Source of the DNA: Oscillospiraceae bacterium
Lineage (GTDB): Bacteria; Bacillota; Clostridia; Oscillospirales; Oscillospiraceae
Assembly: GCA_017436035.1 (NCBI GenBank)
Contig: JAFSDV010000005.1
Coordinates: 1,244 to 65,243, forward strand
Direction: 5' to 3'
Length of the DNA stretch: 64,000 nt
A program made the translations under genes and the position numbers. The notes under the pieces were generated by a model. The model saw only the letters and a program-made list of their open reading frames with translations, had not been told where the DNA came from and did no database searches. Shown here piece after piece: positions 9,811-18,965 of the stretch; the stretch's first letter is position 1; the number at the start of each line of letters is the position of its first letter.

Positions 9811-11229
9811 ATGAAACTGACACTGATCGGTCATGATGACCTGTACGCAACGGAGCAGCTGCTGATGGCACTTTTTGGAGCGGACAGCCCGGGTGAAGCC
9901 GTTTCTGCCCTGCACCGTGGCAGGTATTATCTGACTGCGGTAACGACCATTACCGTAAACGGAAAAACGACTAAAGGCATCCGCAGGCTCAGGACCGGGC
10001 AGGAGACTGTGCGGCTGCGCCGTCAGATCCTGCAGCAGAGTGTTTACGCGGCGGCGTTGGAGCATTTGCCCCAGCCACCCGCATGGGGTGCGCTGGCAGG
10101 TGTCCGACCCACGAAAATTACCACCAAGCACCTGCTGGAGGGCGGCACTGTCCGCTCCGCTGACAGGCTGCTGAAAAATATTTATTATGTGACCGAGTCC
10201 CGACGGGCCTTGGCGTTGGATTGCTCGGAGTCTACTGTCCGGGCAGCAAAAAAACTGGACAAACAGGGTGTATCCGTTTATGTGGGTATTCCGTTCTGTC
10301 CCACCCGCTGCACCTATTGCAGCTTTGTCAGCCGCAGCATCGGAAAACAGACCGGGCTGTTACAGCCTTATTTGGAGGCACTAAAAAAAGAACTGGCTGT
10401 TACCGGCAGGCTTTTGGCAAATTCGGGGCATACAGTTCGTACCATTTACATAGGCGGCGGAACACCCACCACCTTGTCAGAGGGGCAAATGGCAGAGCTT
10501 CTGGACAGCATCCGGCAGTCCTTTGATCTGCACCGCTGTCTGGAATTTACAGTGGAGGGCGGCAGACCGGATACGCTGGATGCCTTGAAGCTCAACAGCA
10601 TCCACGCCCATGGCGCGGACCGGATGAGCATCAACCCCCAAACCATGTCGGACCGGGTGCTCCGTGCCTGCGGACGCCCCCACACTGCCGCAGATGTGCT
10701 GCGGCGGTATGAAGAAGCGGTCAGTGCCGGCTTTGACGCCATCAATATGGATCTGATCGCCGGCTTGCCGGAGGACGATTATCCGGGCTTTTGCAGCAGT
10801 CTGGATGCGGTCGCAGCCTTGAAGCCTGCAAACATTACGGTCCACACGCTGGCGCTCAAAAAAGGCGCGGACCTGTTTGAACGGCGAGAGAAGCTTCCTG
10901 CCGGCGAGACCGTGGCGCAGATGGTGGAATATGCAAATAAAACACTGCGGTCCATGGGCTATAAGCCCTATTATCTGTACCGGCAGAAATATATGTCCGG
11001 CAGCTTTGAAAATGTAGGCTGGAGCCGGGATGGAATGGATTGTCTGTATAACATCTATATGATGGAGGAGCTGCATACCGTTATATCCATAGGCGGCGGT
11101 GGCATGAACAAGGTCAGCCTGCCGGATGGCAGAGTGCAGCGGTTCCACAACCCGAAATTTCCGGAGCAGTATATCGGGCAGATCGACAGTGTGCTGCAGC
11201 AGAAGGAAGAGCTGTTCGCACTTCTGTAA
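9811..11229 (+). CDS. hemZ: Radical SAM protein HemZ (coproporphyrinogen III oxidase-like)
   Basis: GVRPTK, CPTRCTYC (CxxxCxxC), GGGTPT and PYYLYRQK; conserved position after dtd-MBL. Confidence 0.9.
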   Translation: MKLTLIGHDDLYATEQLLMALFGADSPGEAVSALHRGRYYLTAVTTITVNGKTTKGIRRLRTGQETVRLRRQILQQSVYAAALEHLPQPPAWGALAGVRPTKITTKHLLEGGTVRSADRLLKNIYYVTESRRALALDCSESTVRAAKKLDKQGVSVYVGIPFCPTRCTYCSFVSRSIGKQTGLLQPYLEALKKELAVTGRLLANSGHTVRTIYIGGGTPTTLSEGQMAELLDSIRQSFDLHRCLEFTVEGGRPDTLDALKLNSIHAHGADRMSINPQTMSDRVLRACGRPHTAADVLRRYEEAVSAGFDAINMDLIAGLPEDDYPGFCSSLDAVAALKPANITVHTLALKKGADLFERREKLPAGETVAQMVEYANKTLRSMGYKPYYLYRQKYMSGSFENVGWSRDGMDCLYNIYMMEELHTVISIGGGGMNKVSLPDGRVQRFHNPKFPEQYIGQIDSVLQQKEELFALL

Positions 11230-11328
11230 ACTACGGTTTGCCGGGATATTTTGTGGATACACTGAACTAATACAACAGTTCGGTAGCCTGAAATTTGAAA
11301 TCCTTTTTACGAAAGGAAGTATACGATA

Positions 11329-12645
11329 TTGGAAACTCTGATCTCAAATGTGACTGTTGTGACGATGAATGAACGGATGGATGTGCTTTTTGGTGCGTAT
11401 ATCGGCATTTCTGATGGCAAGATCTGTTCTATTTCCAAGCAGCCGCCCAAAGAGCAGCCGGAGACCATTGTGGACGGAACAGGTATGGTGGCGATGCCCG
11501 GTCTGATCAACTGTCATACCCATTTGGCGACCACTGCGCTGCGGTCCTTTTTGGATGATACCGATCGCCGGGAGGCGTTGGAGCAGCTGCTGAAAAAAGA
11601 GGCCCGCATGGATGCCCGCTGCGCAAAAGCTTCCGCGACGCTGGGCATCGCCGAATGTCTGCGTTTCGGCATCACCTCGGTTTCTGACCTGTATTATTAC
11701 CCGGAGGCAACCGCCCAGGCTGCGGCGGAGGCGGGCATCAAGGCAAATTTGGCGTTGTCCTGTTACCGGTTTGAGGATCAGCAGGAGGAGTTTGATTTTG
11801 AAAAAGACCCGCAGTGTCAGGAGCTGTGCCGACTTGCTGAAAAATGGCACGGCTATGACAATGACCGCATTCGCATTGACGCGGGCTTCTACGGGGAATA
11901 CACCAGCAACTATCTGCTTTGGGAAGGTCTTGCCGACTATGCGGCAGAAAAAGGGCTGGGCATGCAGCTGCATCTGGCCGAGACCCGGGAAGAGGTGGAT
12001 TCCTGCGCAGAGCGGACCGGTTTAGGTCCCGGAGAGCTTCTGAATTGCCATCGGGTGTTTGATGTGCCTGCGCTGACTGTGGGCGGCGCATGCCTGGAGG
12101 AAGCGGAACTGCAGATCCTGGGAAAGAAAAAAGCTTCTGTGGCAGTAACGCCTGTTGCCGCTGCCAAGGCTGGACTTCCCGCAACCTCCATCGCCCCGTG
12201 CGTCAAGGCCGGTATCAATGTGACTTTAGGAACAGGCGGCGCAGTGGAATGTGGCAATTTGGATCTGTTTGAAGTGATGCGCTATACCGCCTGCGCCCAA
12301 CGGGCTGCAGGAGAAGATGCCTGCGCCATGCCTGCGGCCGCGGTTTTGATGATGGCAACGGTTTGCGGCGCCCGGGCACAGGGCAGAGCTGCCGAAACCG
12401 GTATGCTGAAGGAAGGGCTGGATGCGGACATTATTCTGGTAGACTTCTCCGCGCCCCATCTGATCCCCTGCCACAATGTCCACAGCAGTCTGGTTTTTTG
12501 CGCCAAGGGCGGCGATGTGGCAATGACCATGGTTCGGGGAAAGATCTTGTATCAGAACGGTCAGTTCCCTACCATCGACCTGAAAACGGCTGTGGAAGAG
12601 CTGACAGGATATGCAATTCCACGCTTGCTGAGCGAAAAGGAGTAA
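11329..12645 (+). CDS. MtaD/TRZ-ATZ-family amidohydrolase homolog with a degenerate active site
   Basis: MPGLINCHTH and LHLAE are retained, but LGTD is replaced by LGTG and the AH.V His is absent; TTG start. Confidence 0.8.
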   Translation: METLISNVTVVTMNERMDVLFGAYIGISDGKICSISKQPPKEQPETIVDGTGMVAMPGLINCHTHLATTALRSFLDDTDRREALEQLLKKEARMDARCAKASATLGIAECLRFGITSVSDLYYYPEATAQAAAEAGIKANLALSCYRFEDQQEEFDFEKDPQCQELCRLAEKWHGYDNDRIRIDAGFYGEYTSNYLLWEGLADYAAEKGLGMQLHLAETREEVDSCAERTGLGPGELLNCHRVFDVPALTVGGACLEEAELQILGKKKASVAVTPVAAAKAGLPATSIAPCVKAGINVTLGTGGAVECGNLDLFEVMRYTACAQRAAGEDACAMPAAAVLMMATVCGARAQGRAAETGMLKEGLDADIILVDFSAPHLIPCHNVHSSLVFCAKGGDVAMTMVRGKILYQNGQFPTIDLKTAVEELTGYAIPRLLSEKE

Positions 12646-12648
12646 GCC

Positions 12649-14292
12649 ATGTCTGAAACCACGAAAAAACAAAACTTTCTCCACGGCGCAGCCCTGTTGG
12701 CGATCGCTACTGCTGTGGTCAAGGTGATCGGTGCTTTTTACAAGCTGCCGCTGAATGCAGTCATCGGACCGGAGGGCTATGCCTATTTCATTACCGCTTA
12801 CGATATTTACGCGGTGCTGCTGATGATCTCTACCGCCGGTCTGCCGGTGGCAATGAGCCGTATGATCAGTCAGTCTGCTTCTTTGGGGCACTATAATCAG
12901 GTGCGCCGCATTTACAGCACTGCCCGGGCAATCTTTATCGGGTTGGGAATCGCCAGCTCCCTGGTTATGCTGATCGGCTGCCGCTGGCTTGCGGAAAAGC
13001 TGAATCAGCCCGATGCATGGGCTGCCATTGCCTGCCTTGCCCCCTGTGCCCTGTTGATGGGTGTGATTTCCGCCTATCGGGGCTTTTTCCAGGGTCAAAG
13101 CAATATGCGTCCCACCTCCAACTCCCAGATGATGGAGGCGGTATTTAAGCTGCTGGTAGGTCTGAGCCTGGCATTTTTGATCAATCATCTCACCGGGGAT
13201 ATTGCCCTTGCAGCGGGCGGTGCGATTTTGGGCGTTACCGTAAGCTGTCTGGTGTCCGTTGCCTATCTGCGGTTTAAGTTCAGCCCCAGCTACCGGGAGC
13301 TGCCCCAAACCGGGGAGAAGCCCCGCACCTACAAAAGCACAGCAAAAAGCCTGCTGGCGATTGCCGTTCCCATTACCATCGGCTCTGCCGGTCTGCAGCT
13401 TCTGACGGTGGTGGAATCCGGTCTGTATATGGATCGGCTGGTCTATTTGATCGGCGGCAACCAGTATATGGGGCAGATGCTTTCCCCGGAGGTGGACGCC
13501 CAAAAGGCAGCCACCATTCTGAAGGGCATTTACAATATGGCACAGACCATCTTCAATATGCCCTGCGCGTTTATCATACCCATCACCGTCAGCGTGATTC
13601 CCGCCATTACCGCAAATCTGACACTGCTGAAGGATCAGGCTGTGCGCGCAACGGAGGAATCCGCGGCGCGGATCACCGGACTTTTAAGCCTGCCCTGCAC
13701 CGTAGGTCTTTTTGTGCTGGCTGAGCCCATTATGTCCCTGCTGGGCGGCTATACCGGTATGCAGCTTGCGCTGGGCGGACAGCTGCTGGCACTTTTAGGC
13801 ATCAGCGTATTCCCGTATGCCATCATCCAGTACACCAATGCCCTGCTCCAGTCCCACGGCTATGCCCATGTGCCGGTGATCAATATGCTGGTATGCGGCA
13901 TCGCAAAGCTGGCAGTGGTGTATATTTTAGTTGGAAATCCTGCTATTGGTATTTTGGGCGCGCCTTTGGGGGCGGTTCTGGGCTATGGCTGTATCGCGGT
14001 GCTGAATCTGCTGTCCATCCGGAAGCTGGTTCCCCAAAAGCCCGCGCTTCTGCGTTCTCTGCTGCGGTCCTTGCCTCCTGCGGTGCTGATGGGGCTTGCT
14101 GTATACGGAAGCTACCGGGGGCTGATCCTTCTTCTGGGCGCGGATGCCAGCCGGCTGATCCTGTGCGGCGGTCCTGTTGTTGTGGGCGTTGCGGTGTATT
14201 TTGTGGGGATCATTCTGTTCAAGGCCATCACCCGGGAGGATTGTCAGCTGCTCCCGAAGGGCGAATGGATTGCGCGGATTCTGCATTTGTAA
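12649..14292 (+). CDS. MOP flippase, SpoVB/YabM/MurJ-like polysaccharide biosynthesis protein
   Basis: FLHGAALL..VKVIGAFYKLPL, STAGLPVAMSRMI and RGFFQGQSNMRPT; many TM helices; upstream of hup-yabO as in Clostridia. Confidence 0.88.
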   Translation: MSETTKKQNFLHGAALLAIATAVVKVIGAFYKLPLNAVIGPEGYAYFITAYDIYAVLLMISTAGLPVAMSRMISQSASLGHYNQVRRIYSTARAIFIGLGIASSLVMLIGCRWLAEKLNQPDAWAAIACLAPCALLMGVISAYRGFFQGQSNMRPTSNSQMMEAVFKLLVGLSLAFLINHLTGDIALAAGGAILGVTVSCLVSVAYLRFKFSPSYRELPQTGEKPRTYKSTAKSLLAIAVPITIGSAGLQLLTVVESGLYMDRLVYLIGGNQYMGQMLSPEVDAQKAATILKGIYNMAQTIFNMPCAFIIPITVSVIPAITANLTLLKDQAVRATEESAARITGLLSLPCTVGLFVLAEPIMSLLGGYTGMQLALGGQLLALLGISVFPYAIIQYTNALLQSHGYAHVPVINMLVCGIAKLAVVYILVGNPAIGILGAPLGAVLGYGCIAVLNLLSIRKLVPQKPALLRSLLRSLPPAVLMGLAVYGSYRGLILLLGADASRLILCGGPVVVGVAVYFVGIILFKAITREDCQLLPKGEWIARILHL

Positions 14293-14416
14293 AAAATTGC
14301 CATATTTTTAGAAAATTTAGCGAAAAAATAGGAAAAAACATTAAAAAACCCCTTGATATTTCTGTAAAAGTGTGTTAGTGTAAAAAGGAAGATTTTTGGA
14401 AAAGAGGTAAAAAACC

Positions 14417-14692
14417 ATGAACAAGACAGAACTCATCGCCGCCGTTGCGGAGAAGACCGGTCTGACCAAGAAGGACGCTGAGCGCGTCATCAACGCCACT
14501 GTGGACACTATTACCGCCAGCCTGGTAAAGGGTGATAAGGTCCAGCTGTCCGGCTTTGGTATTTTCGAGGTGAAGGCCCGTGAAGCCCGTGTCGGCCGCA
14601 ACCCCCGCACCAAGCAGACCATCCAGATCCCCGCTACCCGCCTGCCCGCCTTCAAGGCAAGCAAAACTCTGAAGGATATCATCGCGAAGTAA
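14417..14692 (+). CDS. hup: DNA-binding protein HU
   Basis: MNKTELIAAVAEK, GFGIF and GRNPRT motifs. Confidence 0.97.
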   Translation: MNKTELIAAVAEKTGLTKKDAERVINATVDTITASLVKGDKVQLSGFGIFEVKAREARVGRNPRTKQTIQIPATRLPAFKASKTLKDIIAK

Positions 14693-14693
14693 A

Positions 14694-14933
14694 ATGCGAC
14701 TGGACAAGTACCTGAAGGTCTCCCGTCTGATCAAACGCCGGACCGTAGCCAATGAAGCCTGTGACAATGGCCGTATCAGTGTAAATGGCCGGGTGGTCAA
14801 GGCCAGCTATGAGGTCAAGCCCGGTGACCGGATCGAGATCACCATGGGTCCGAGGACTGTAGCTGTGGAAGTGCTCCTGGTTGCAGATAACGTCCGGAAA
14901 GACGACGCAAACGCCATGTACAAAGAGATCTGA
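14694..14933 (+). CDS. rqcP: S4-domain RNA-binding protein YabO/RqcP (Hsp15-like)
   Basis: MRLDKYLKVSRLIKRRTVANEACD. Confidence 0.92.
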   Translation: MRLDKYLKVSRLIKRRTVANEACDNGRISVNGRVVKASYEVKPGDRIEITMGPRTVAVEVLLVADNVRKDDANAMYKEI

Positions 14934-14945
14934 CAAAAGGCGCAT

Positions 14946-15086
14946 CACATAGGGATTTATACGCTCCAAATTGGATCTTTTCCCGCAATACTGCGTCAAA
15001 AACCACGGCAGGCATCGGTCTTGCCGTGGTTTTTTATCTGGTCTTGCAGAAAAAGATTCTTTCAAAGCTGTGTAAATCCCTATGTG
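14946..15086. repeat. ~140-bp imperfect palindrome whose centre is the hup-rqcP terminator hairpin
   Basis: cacatagggatttatac...gtgtaaatccctatgtg outer arms; inner aaaaaccacggcag/cttgccgtggtttttt. Confidence 0.75.
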
Positions 15087-15315
15087 CGTCCGCCCAAACA
15101 CCACCCCTGTCACCGAAATCGGTACGGGCGGTGTTTTGCGTTCCAAGGCGACCTGTTGCAAGGACTTGTATTTTAATAAGAATTTCACCACAACATCCTG
15201 TAAGCTGCCAAAAAACCGGGTGGATTTTCTACGAAAACTTCATCGCAAAATGGTTGTAGTGGGGAAAAACCTGTGCTATAATGAATTTTACTGACGAAAA
15301 AGAAAGGAGCGGCCT

Positions 15316-16185
15316 ATGCTCAGTTCTGAACTGCATATTGAAAAAAACCATATACATAAGCTGCTCTGCGCCGCCAATCCTGACGCGGCACTTTTGTACC
15401 TGTTTATCCAAAGCGGCAATGCGCCGGAAAACGCCGCCGCTGACCTGAACATCAGCCAATCCCGCCTTTCCTGTGCTACGGCGACTTTGCGCCAGCTGGG
15501 GCTGTGGACGGAGCAGAAACAAAGCTTGGCTGTAGGTGAGCGTCCGCAGTATTCTGAAAACGATGTGCTCCGGGCGATGGACGAGGACGGACAGTTCCGC
15601 TCCCTGTACGGGGAGGTCCAGCGGCTGCTGGGTCGCAGTCTGAACACCGAGGAGCTGAAGATCCTGCTGGGCTTTGTCCGGTATTTGGGACTGCCCGGGG
15701 ATGTGATCTGTGTGCTGGTGTGTTTCTGTAAGGAGCGGGCAAGACAGCGGGGAAGCCTGCGCAATCCCTCTCTGCGAACCATCGAAAAGGAAGCCTATTT
15801 TTGGGCGGAGCAGGGCATCGATACTATGGAAGAGGCAGCGGCATATATTCAGACGCAAAACCACCGCCGTTCCCGTTTGGGCCGGCTGATGCAGATTTTG
15901 CAGATCCGGGGCAGAAGCCTGACCCCCGGCGAAGAGCGTTACGCCCAGCAGTGGCTGGACTGGGGCTTTGACGAAGGAGCGCTCACGTTGGCTTATGAGC
16001 GCACCTGCCTGAATACCGGCGGGCTGAGCTGGGCGTATATGAATAAGATCCTGACCCGGTGGCAGGAGGCGGGGCTTCTTACAGCCGCCCAGATCCAAGC
16101 CGGGGATACCAAACCCAAAGTTGTTTCCGGGCGTCTGGGTGACGCGGAGCTGGAAGCAATTCAGAACGTTTTGCGGGAGGGATGA
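15316..16185 (+). CDS. DnaD/DnaB-domain replication initiation protein
   Basis: Two DnaD-like modules (GRSLNTEE..., SWAYMNKILTRW); TGCTATAAT promoter at about 15274-15282; GAAAGGAG RBS. Confidence 0.85.
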   Translation: MLSSELHIEKNHIHKLLCAANPDAALLYLFIQSGNAPENAAADLNISQSRLSCATATLRQLGLWTEQKQSLAVGERPQYSENDVLRAMDEDGQFRSLYGEVQRLLGRSLNTEELKILLGFVRYLGLPGDVICVLVCFCKERARQRGSLRNPSLRTIEKEAYFWAEQGIDTMEEAAAYIQTQNHRRSRLGRLMQILQIRGRSLTPGEERYAQQWLDWGFDEGALTLAYERTCLNTGGLSWAYMNKILTRWQEAGLLTAAQIQAGDTKPKVVSGRLGDAELEAIQNVLREG

Positions 16186-16187
16186 AA

Positions 16188-17171
16188 ATGGCATACAGCG
16201 CACACATCATACGCCGGGCACGGCAGCGGCTGGCAAGCGCCAAGGCGGATCGGGAATCCGAAAACCGGCAGCATTTGCAGGAGGCATACAGTCAGGTCCC
16301 CCGTATTAAAGAGATTGATCTGCTTTTGCGCCGTTCTATGGCTTTGGCAGCGCAGGCGGTCTTCGCCCAAGGCGGTGACGCAAAGCTGGCTATGGAGCAG
16401 GTAAAGGAAGCAAATCTTGCCCTGCAGGAGGAGCGGCAGGCACTGGCAGAGGAGCATTTTGAACCGGGCTATTTGGATGACAGCCCCATCTGCACCCTCT
16501 GTGGCGGCTCGGGCTATCTCGGCGCAAATATGTGTGAATGTCTGCAGGAGCTGTGCCGCCAGGAGCAGAAAAAGGAGCTGTCCCTGCTGGCATCTAACGA
16601 TGAACGGTTTGAAAAATTCAGACTGGATTACTATCCGGACCGGATTGATCCCAATTACGGTGCAAGCCCCCGGACGATCATGGAGCGGAACTATACGGTC
16701 TGCCGCAAATACGCCGCATCCTTTGGTCCGGGCAGCGGCAATCTGCTGTTTGTGGGCGGAACGGGACTGGGAAAGACCTTCCTGTCGGCGTGTATTGCCC
16801 GATCTGCGGCGGATAAGGGTTTTTCCGTGGCTTATGAAAGCGCACCCCGGCTGTTTTCCAAGCTGGAGAAGGATCGGTTTAATCCGGATGAAGAAAGTCA
16901 CGAAGCAGTAGCCCGGCTCTATGACTGCGATCTGCTGATTCTGGACGATTTGGGCACGGAGCTGCCCGGAAACTTTGTGACCGCCGCGTTGTATAGTCTG
17001 GTCAATGACCGGCTGCTGGCGGAAAAGGCAATGGTCATCTCGACCAATTTGAATATTGAAGAGATCGTTCGCCGTTACTCACCGCAGATCGGCTCCCGGC
17101 TGCAGGGCAGCTTCCAGCGGCTGACCTTTGTGGGTGAGGATATCCGGGTGCTGAAAAATAGGGGATTATGA
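16188..17171 (+). CDS. DnaC/DnaI-like helicase-loader AAA+ ATPase
   Basis: Zn motif CTLCGGSG...CEC, Walker A GGTGLGKT, Walker B LLILDDLG, ISTNL, IGSRL. Confidence 0.88.
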   Translation: MAYSAHIIRRARQRLASAKADRESENRQHLQEAYSQVPRIKEIDLLLRRSMALAAQAVFAQGGDAKLAMEQVKEANLALQEERQALAEEHFEPGYLDDSPICTLCGGSGYLGANMCECLQELCRQEQKKELSLLASNDERFEKFRLDYYPDRIDPNYGASPRTIMERNYTVCRKYAASFGPGSGNLLFVGGTGLGKTFLSACIARSAADKGFSVAYESAPRLFSKLEKDRFNPDEESHEAVARLYDCDLLILDDLGTELPGNFVTAALYSLVNDRLLAEKAMVISTNLNIEEIVRRYSPQIGSRLQGSFQRLTFVGEDIRVLKNRGL

Positions 17172-17172
17172 T

Positions 17173-17832
17173 ATGAAAATTGGCATTTTATTCGATTTGG
17201 ACGGCACACTTCTGGACACTCTGGAGGACCTGAAGGACGCAGTTAATTATACAATGGGACAGTTTGGCTGCCCGGAGCGCAGCTTGGATGAGGTGCGGAA
17301 TTTTATAGGCACCGGCGCGGCAAATCTGATCCGCAAAGCACTTCCCGGAAAGGAAAGCGATCCGCCTTTGGAAGAAGCCTTGGCGGTGTATCAGGCGTAT
17401 TACGCTGCCCATGCTCAGGACCGGACCGGTCCTTACGAGGGGGTTTTGCAGGCTTTGGAGCAGATCAGCATCCGCTACCCGGTGGCGATTGTATCCAATA
17501 AGCCGGATGGCGCAACCAAGACCCTTTGCGCTGCCCATTTCCCCGGGATTTTTGCCCGTGGCGAGAGCACCGACTGCCCCAGAAAGCCCGCGCCGGATAT
17601 GCTTTATAAAGCGATGGAGCAGATCGGTGTGGATACCTGCGTCTATGTAGGCGACAGCGAAACCGATGTGCAGACTGCCCGAAATACCGGTGTTCCGTGC
17701 CTGAGTGTTCTGTGGGGCTTCCGGGACAAGGTCTGCCTGCAAAACGCCGGCGCAACTTACTTTTGCGAAAAGCCGGCAGATTTGCTGAATATGTTGGAAG
17801 CTGTGATCAGTGAGGCGTGCTATGGCAAATGA
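17173..17832 (+). CDS. HAD-family hydrolase (phosphoglycolate phosphatase-like)
   Basis: FDLDGTLLD, SNK, KPAP and YVGDS motifs. Confidence 0.9.
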   Translation: MKIGILFDLDGTLLDTLEDLKDAVNYTMGQFGCPERSLDEVRNFIGTGAANLIRKALPGKESDPPLEEALAVYQAYYAAHAQDRTGPYEGVLQALEQISIRYPVAIVSNKPDGATKTLCAAHFPGIFARGESTDCPRKPAPDMLYKAMEQIGVDTCVYVGDSETDVQTARNTGVPCLSVLWGFRDKVCLQNAGATYFCEKPADLLNMLEAVISEACYGK

Positions 17833-18397
17833 ATTTTATGCCCTGATGGGCAGAATGCGCTACATTACCCGCTGGGGCTTGATGCGCAATACCTTTTCTG
17901 AAAACATTCAGGAGCACAGTCATCAGGTGGCGGTGCTGGCCCATGCGCTGGCTCTGATCCGCCGGGATATTCTGAAGCTGGAAGGTCCGGATCCGGACCG
18001 GTGCGCCGTTGCCGCATTGTATCACGACGCTTCCGAGATCCTGACCGGCGATTTGCCTACACCCATCAAGTATTATAATCCAGCCATTAAGGATGCCTAT
18101 AAGCAGGTGGAGCGGATCGCAGGTGAGCGGCTGCTGGACCTGCTTCCTGCTGCTCTGCGGGACAGCTACGCCCAGCTGCTGCTGGAAGAGGACGAAGCTG
18201 TAAGACCCATCGTTAAAGCCGCAGATAAGTTGTCGGCATATATTAAATGTATAGAGGAGCAGAAAGCCGGCAATACGGAATTTGATTCCGCTGCCCGGCA
18301 GTCGATGGAGGCAATGAAAGCGATGGCTCTGCCGGAGCTGGATTGGTTCTGTGAGCATTGCCTTGTCCCCTTTAGCCTGAATCTGGATCAGCTGTAA
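17822..18397 (+). CDS. yfbR: 5'-deoxynucleotidase (HD family)
   Basis: RMRYITRWGLMRN, ENIQEHS, YHDASEILTGDLPTPIKY and KAADKLSAYIKC. Confidence 0.93.
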   Translation: MANEFYALMGRMRYITRWGLMRNTFSENIQEHSHQVAVLAHALALIRRDILKLEGPDPDRCAVAALYHDASEILTGDLPTPIKYYNPAIKDAYKQVERIAGERLLDLLPAALRDSYAQLLLEEDEAVRPIVKAADKLSAYIKCIEEQKAGNTEFDSAARQSMEAMKAMALPELDWFCEHCLVPFSLNLDQL

Positions 18398-18481
18398 TAC
18401 TGCAGGATTTTATAGATTGTTTACTTGACGGTTGGGGAAAAATATGATACCATACGATGGTACCCATTCGTTGTACCCTTT

Positions 18482-18568
18482 GCCGGTATGGTGGAATAGG
18501 TAGACACAAGGGACTTAAAATCCCTCGCCGTAAAAAGCGTACCGGTTCGAGTCCGGTTACCGGCACCA
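18482..18568 (+). tRNA. tRNA-Leu (anticodon TAA)
   Basis: GCCGGTA/TACCGGC acceptor stem, AGGGA-CTTAAAA-TCCCT anticodon arm, long variable arm, GTTCGAGTC T-loop, encoded CCA; TTGACG-17-TACCAT promoter upstream. Confidence 0.96.
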
Positions 18569-18605
18569 AGGAAAATCCTGTCACGAAAGTGACAGGATTT
18601 TCCTT
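18569..18605 (+). terminator. Terminator after tRNA-Leu
   Basis: aggaaaatcctgtcac-gaaa-gtgacaggattttcct perfect hairpin. Confidence 0.85.
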
Positions 18606-18607
18606 GT

Positions 18608-18712
18608 ATTATTCACTGTTCAATATTCATCATTCATTATTCATTTTACAGTGACTGGATTTTCAATGAAGAATGAATATTGAAATCGCTTTGCTGATGA
18701 ATAATAAATAAT
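18608..18712. repeat. Inverted arrays of degenerate 7-bp tandem repeats
   Basis: attattc-actgttc-aatattc-atcattc-attattc, then aatgaag-aatgaat-attgaaa...gatgaat-aataaat. Confidence 0.6.
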
Positions 18713-18965
18713 TTAATCCTTAATTTCTGCAGAAACTGTCATAATAGCAACTGCCTTTGGCAGTGAGTATAGGTATACAAATTGCATTTAACGAGAGGGA
18801 TGTGCTGTTTCCAATTTCAAAAGTCATTAATATTACTCGCTTTTTACTAAAAGTCCCCGGCGTTTTGAAGCAATAAGCAAGAAATAACAGTGAAAAGAGA
18901 TCATCAAGTGTATTTATAGGTGTTTTTTTCGACAAAGTATGCTATAATACCTCCGGGTGATAAAT

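Noticed and set aside
14946-15086. Firm 6S RNA call
   Set aside because: The shape is suggestive, but G-U pairs do not favour one strand and no clear dedicated promoter is visible; kept only as an open finding.
15316-17171. DnaD plus DnaC/IstB-like pair as a prophage or IS21 module
   Set aside because: No integrase, IstA or phage structural genes nearby. Composition is host-like, and the pair matches the chromosomal clostridial helicase-loader locus.
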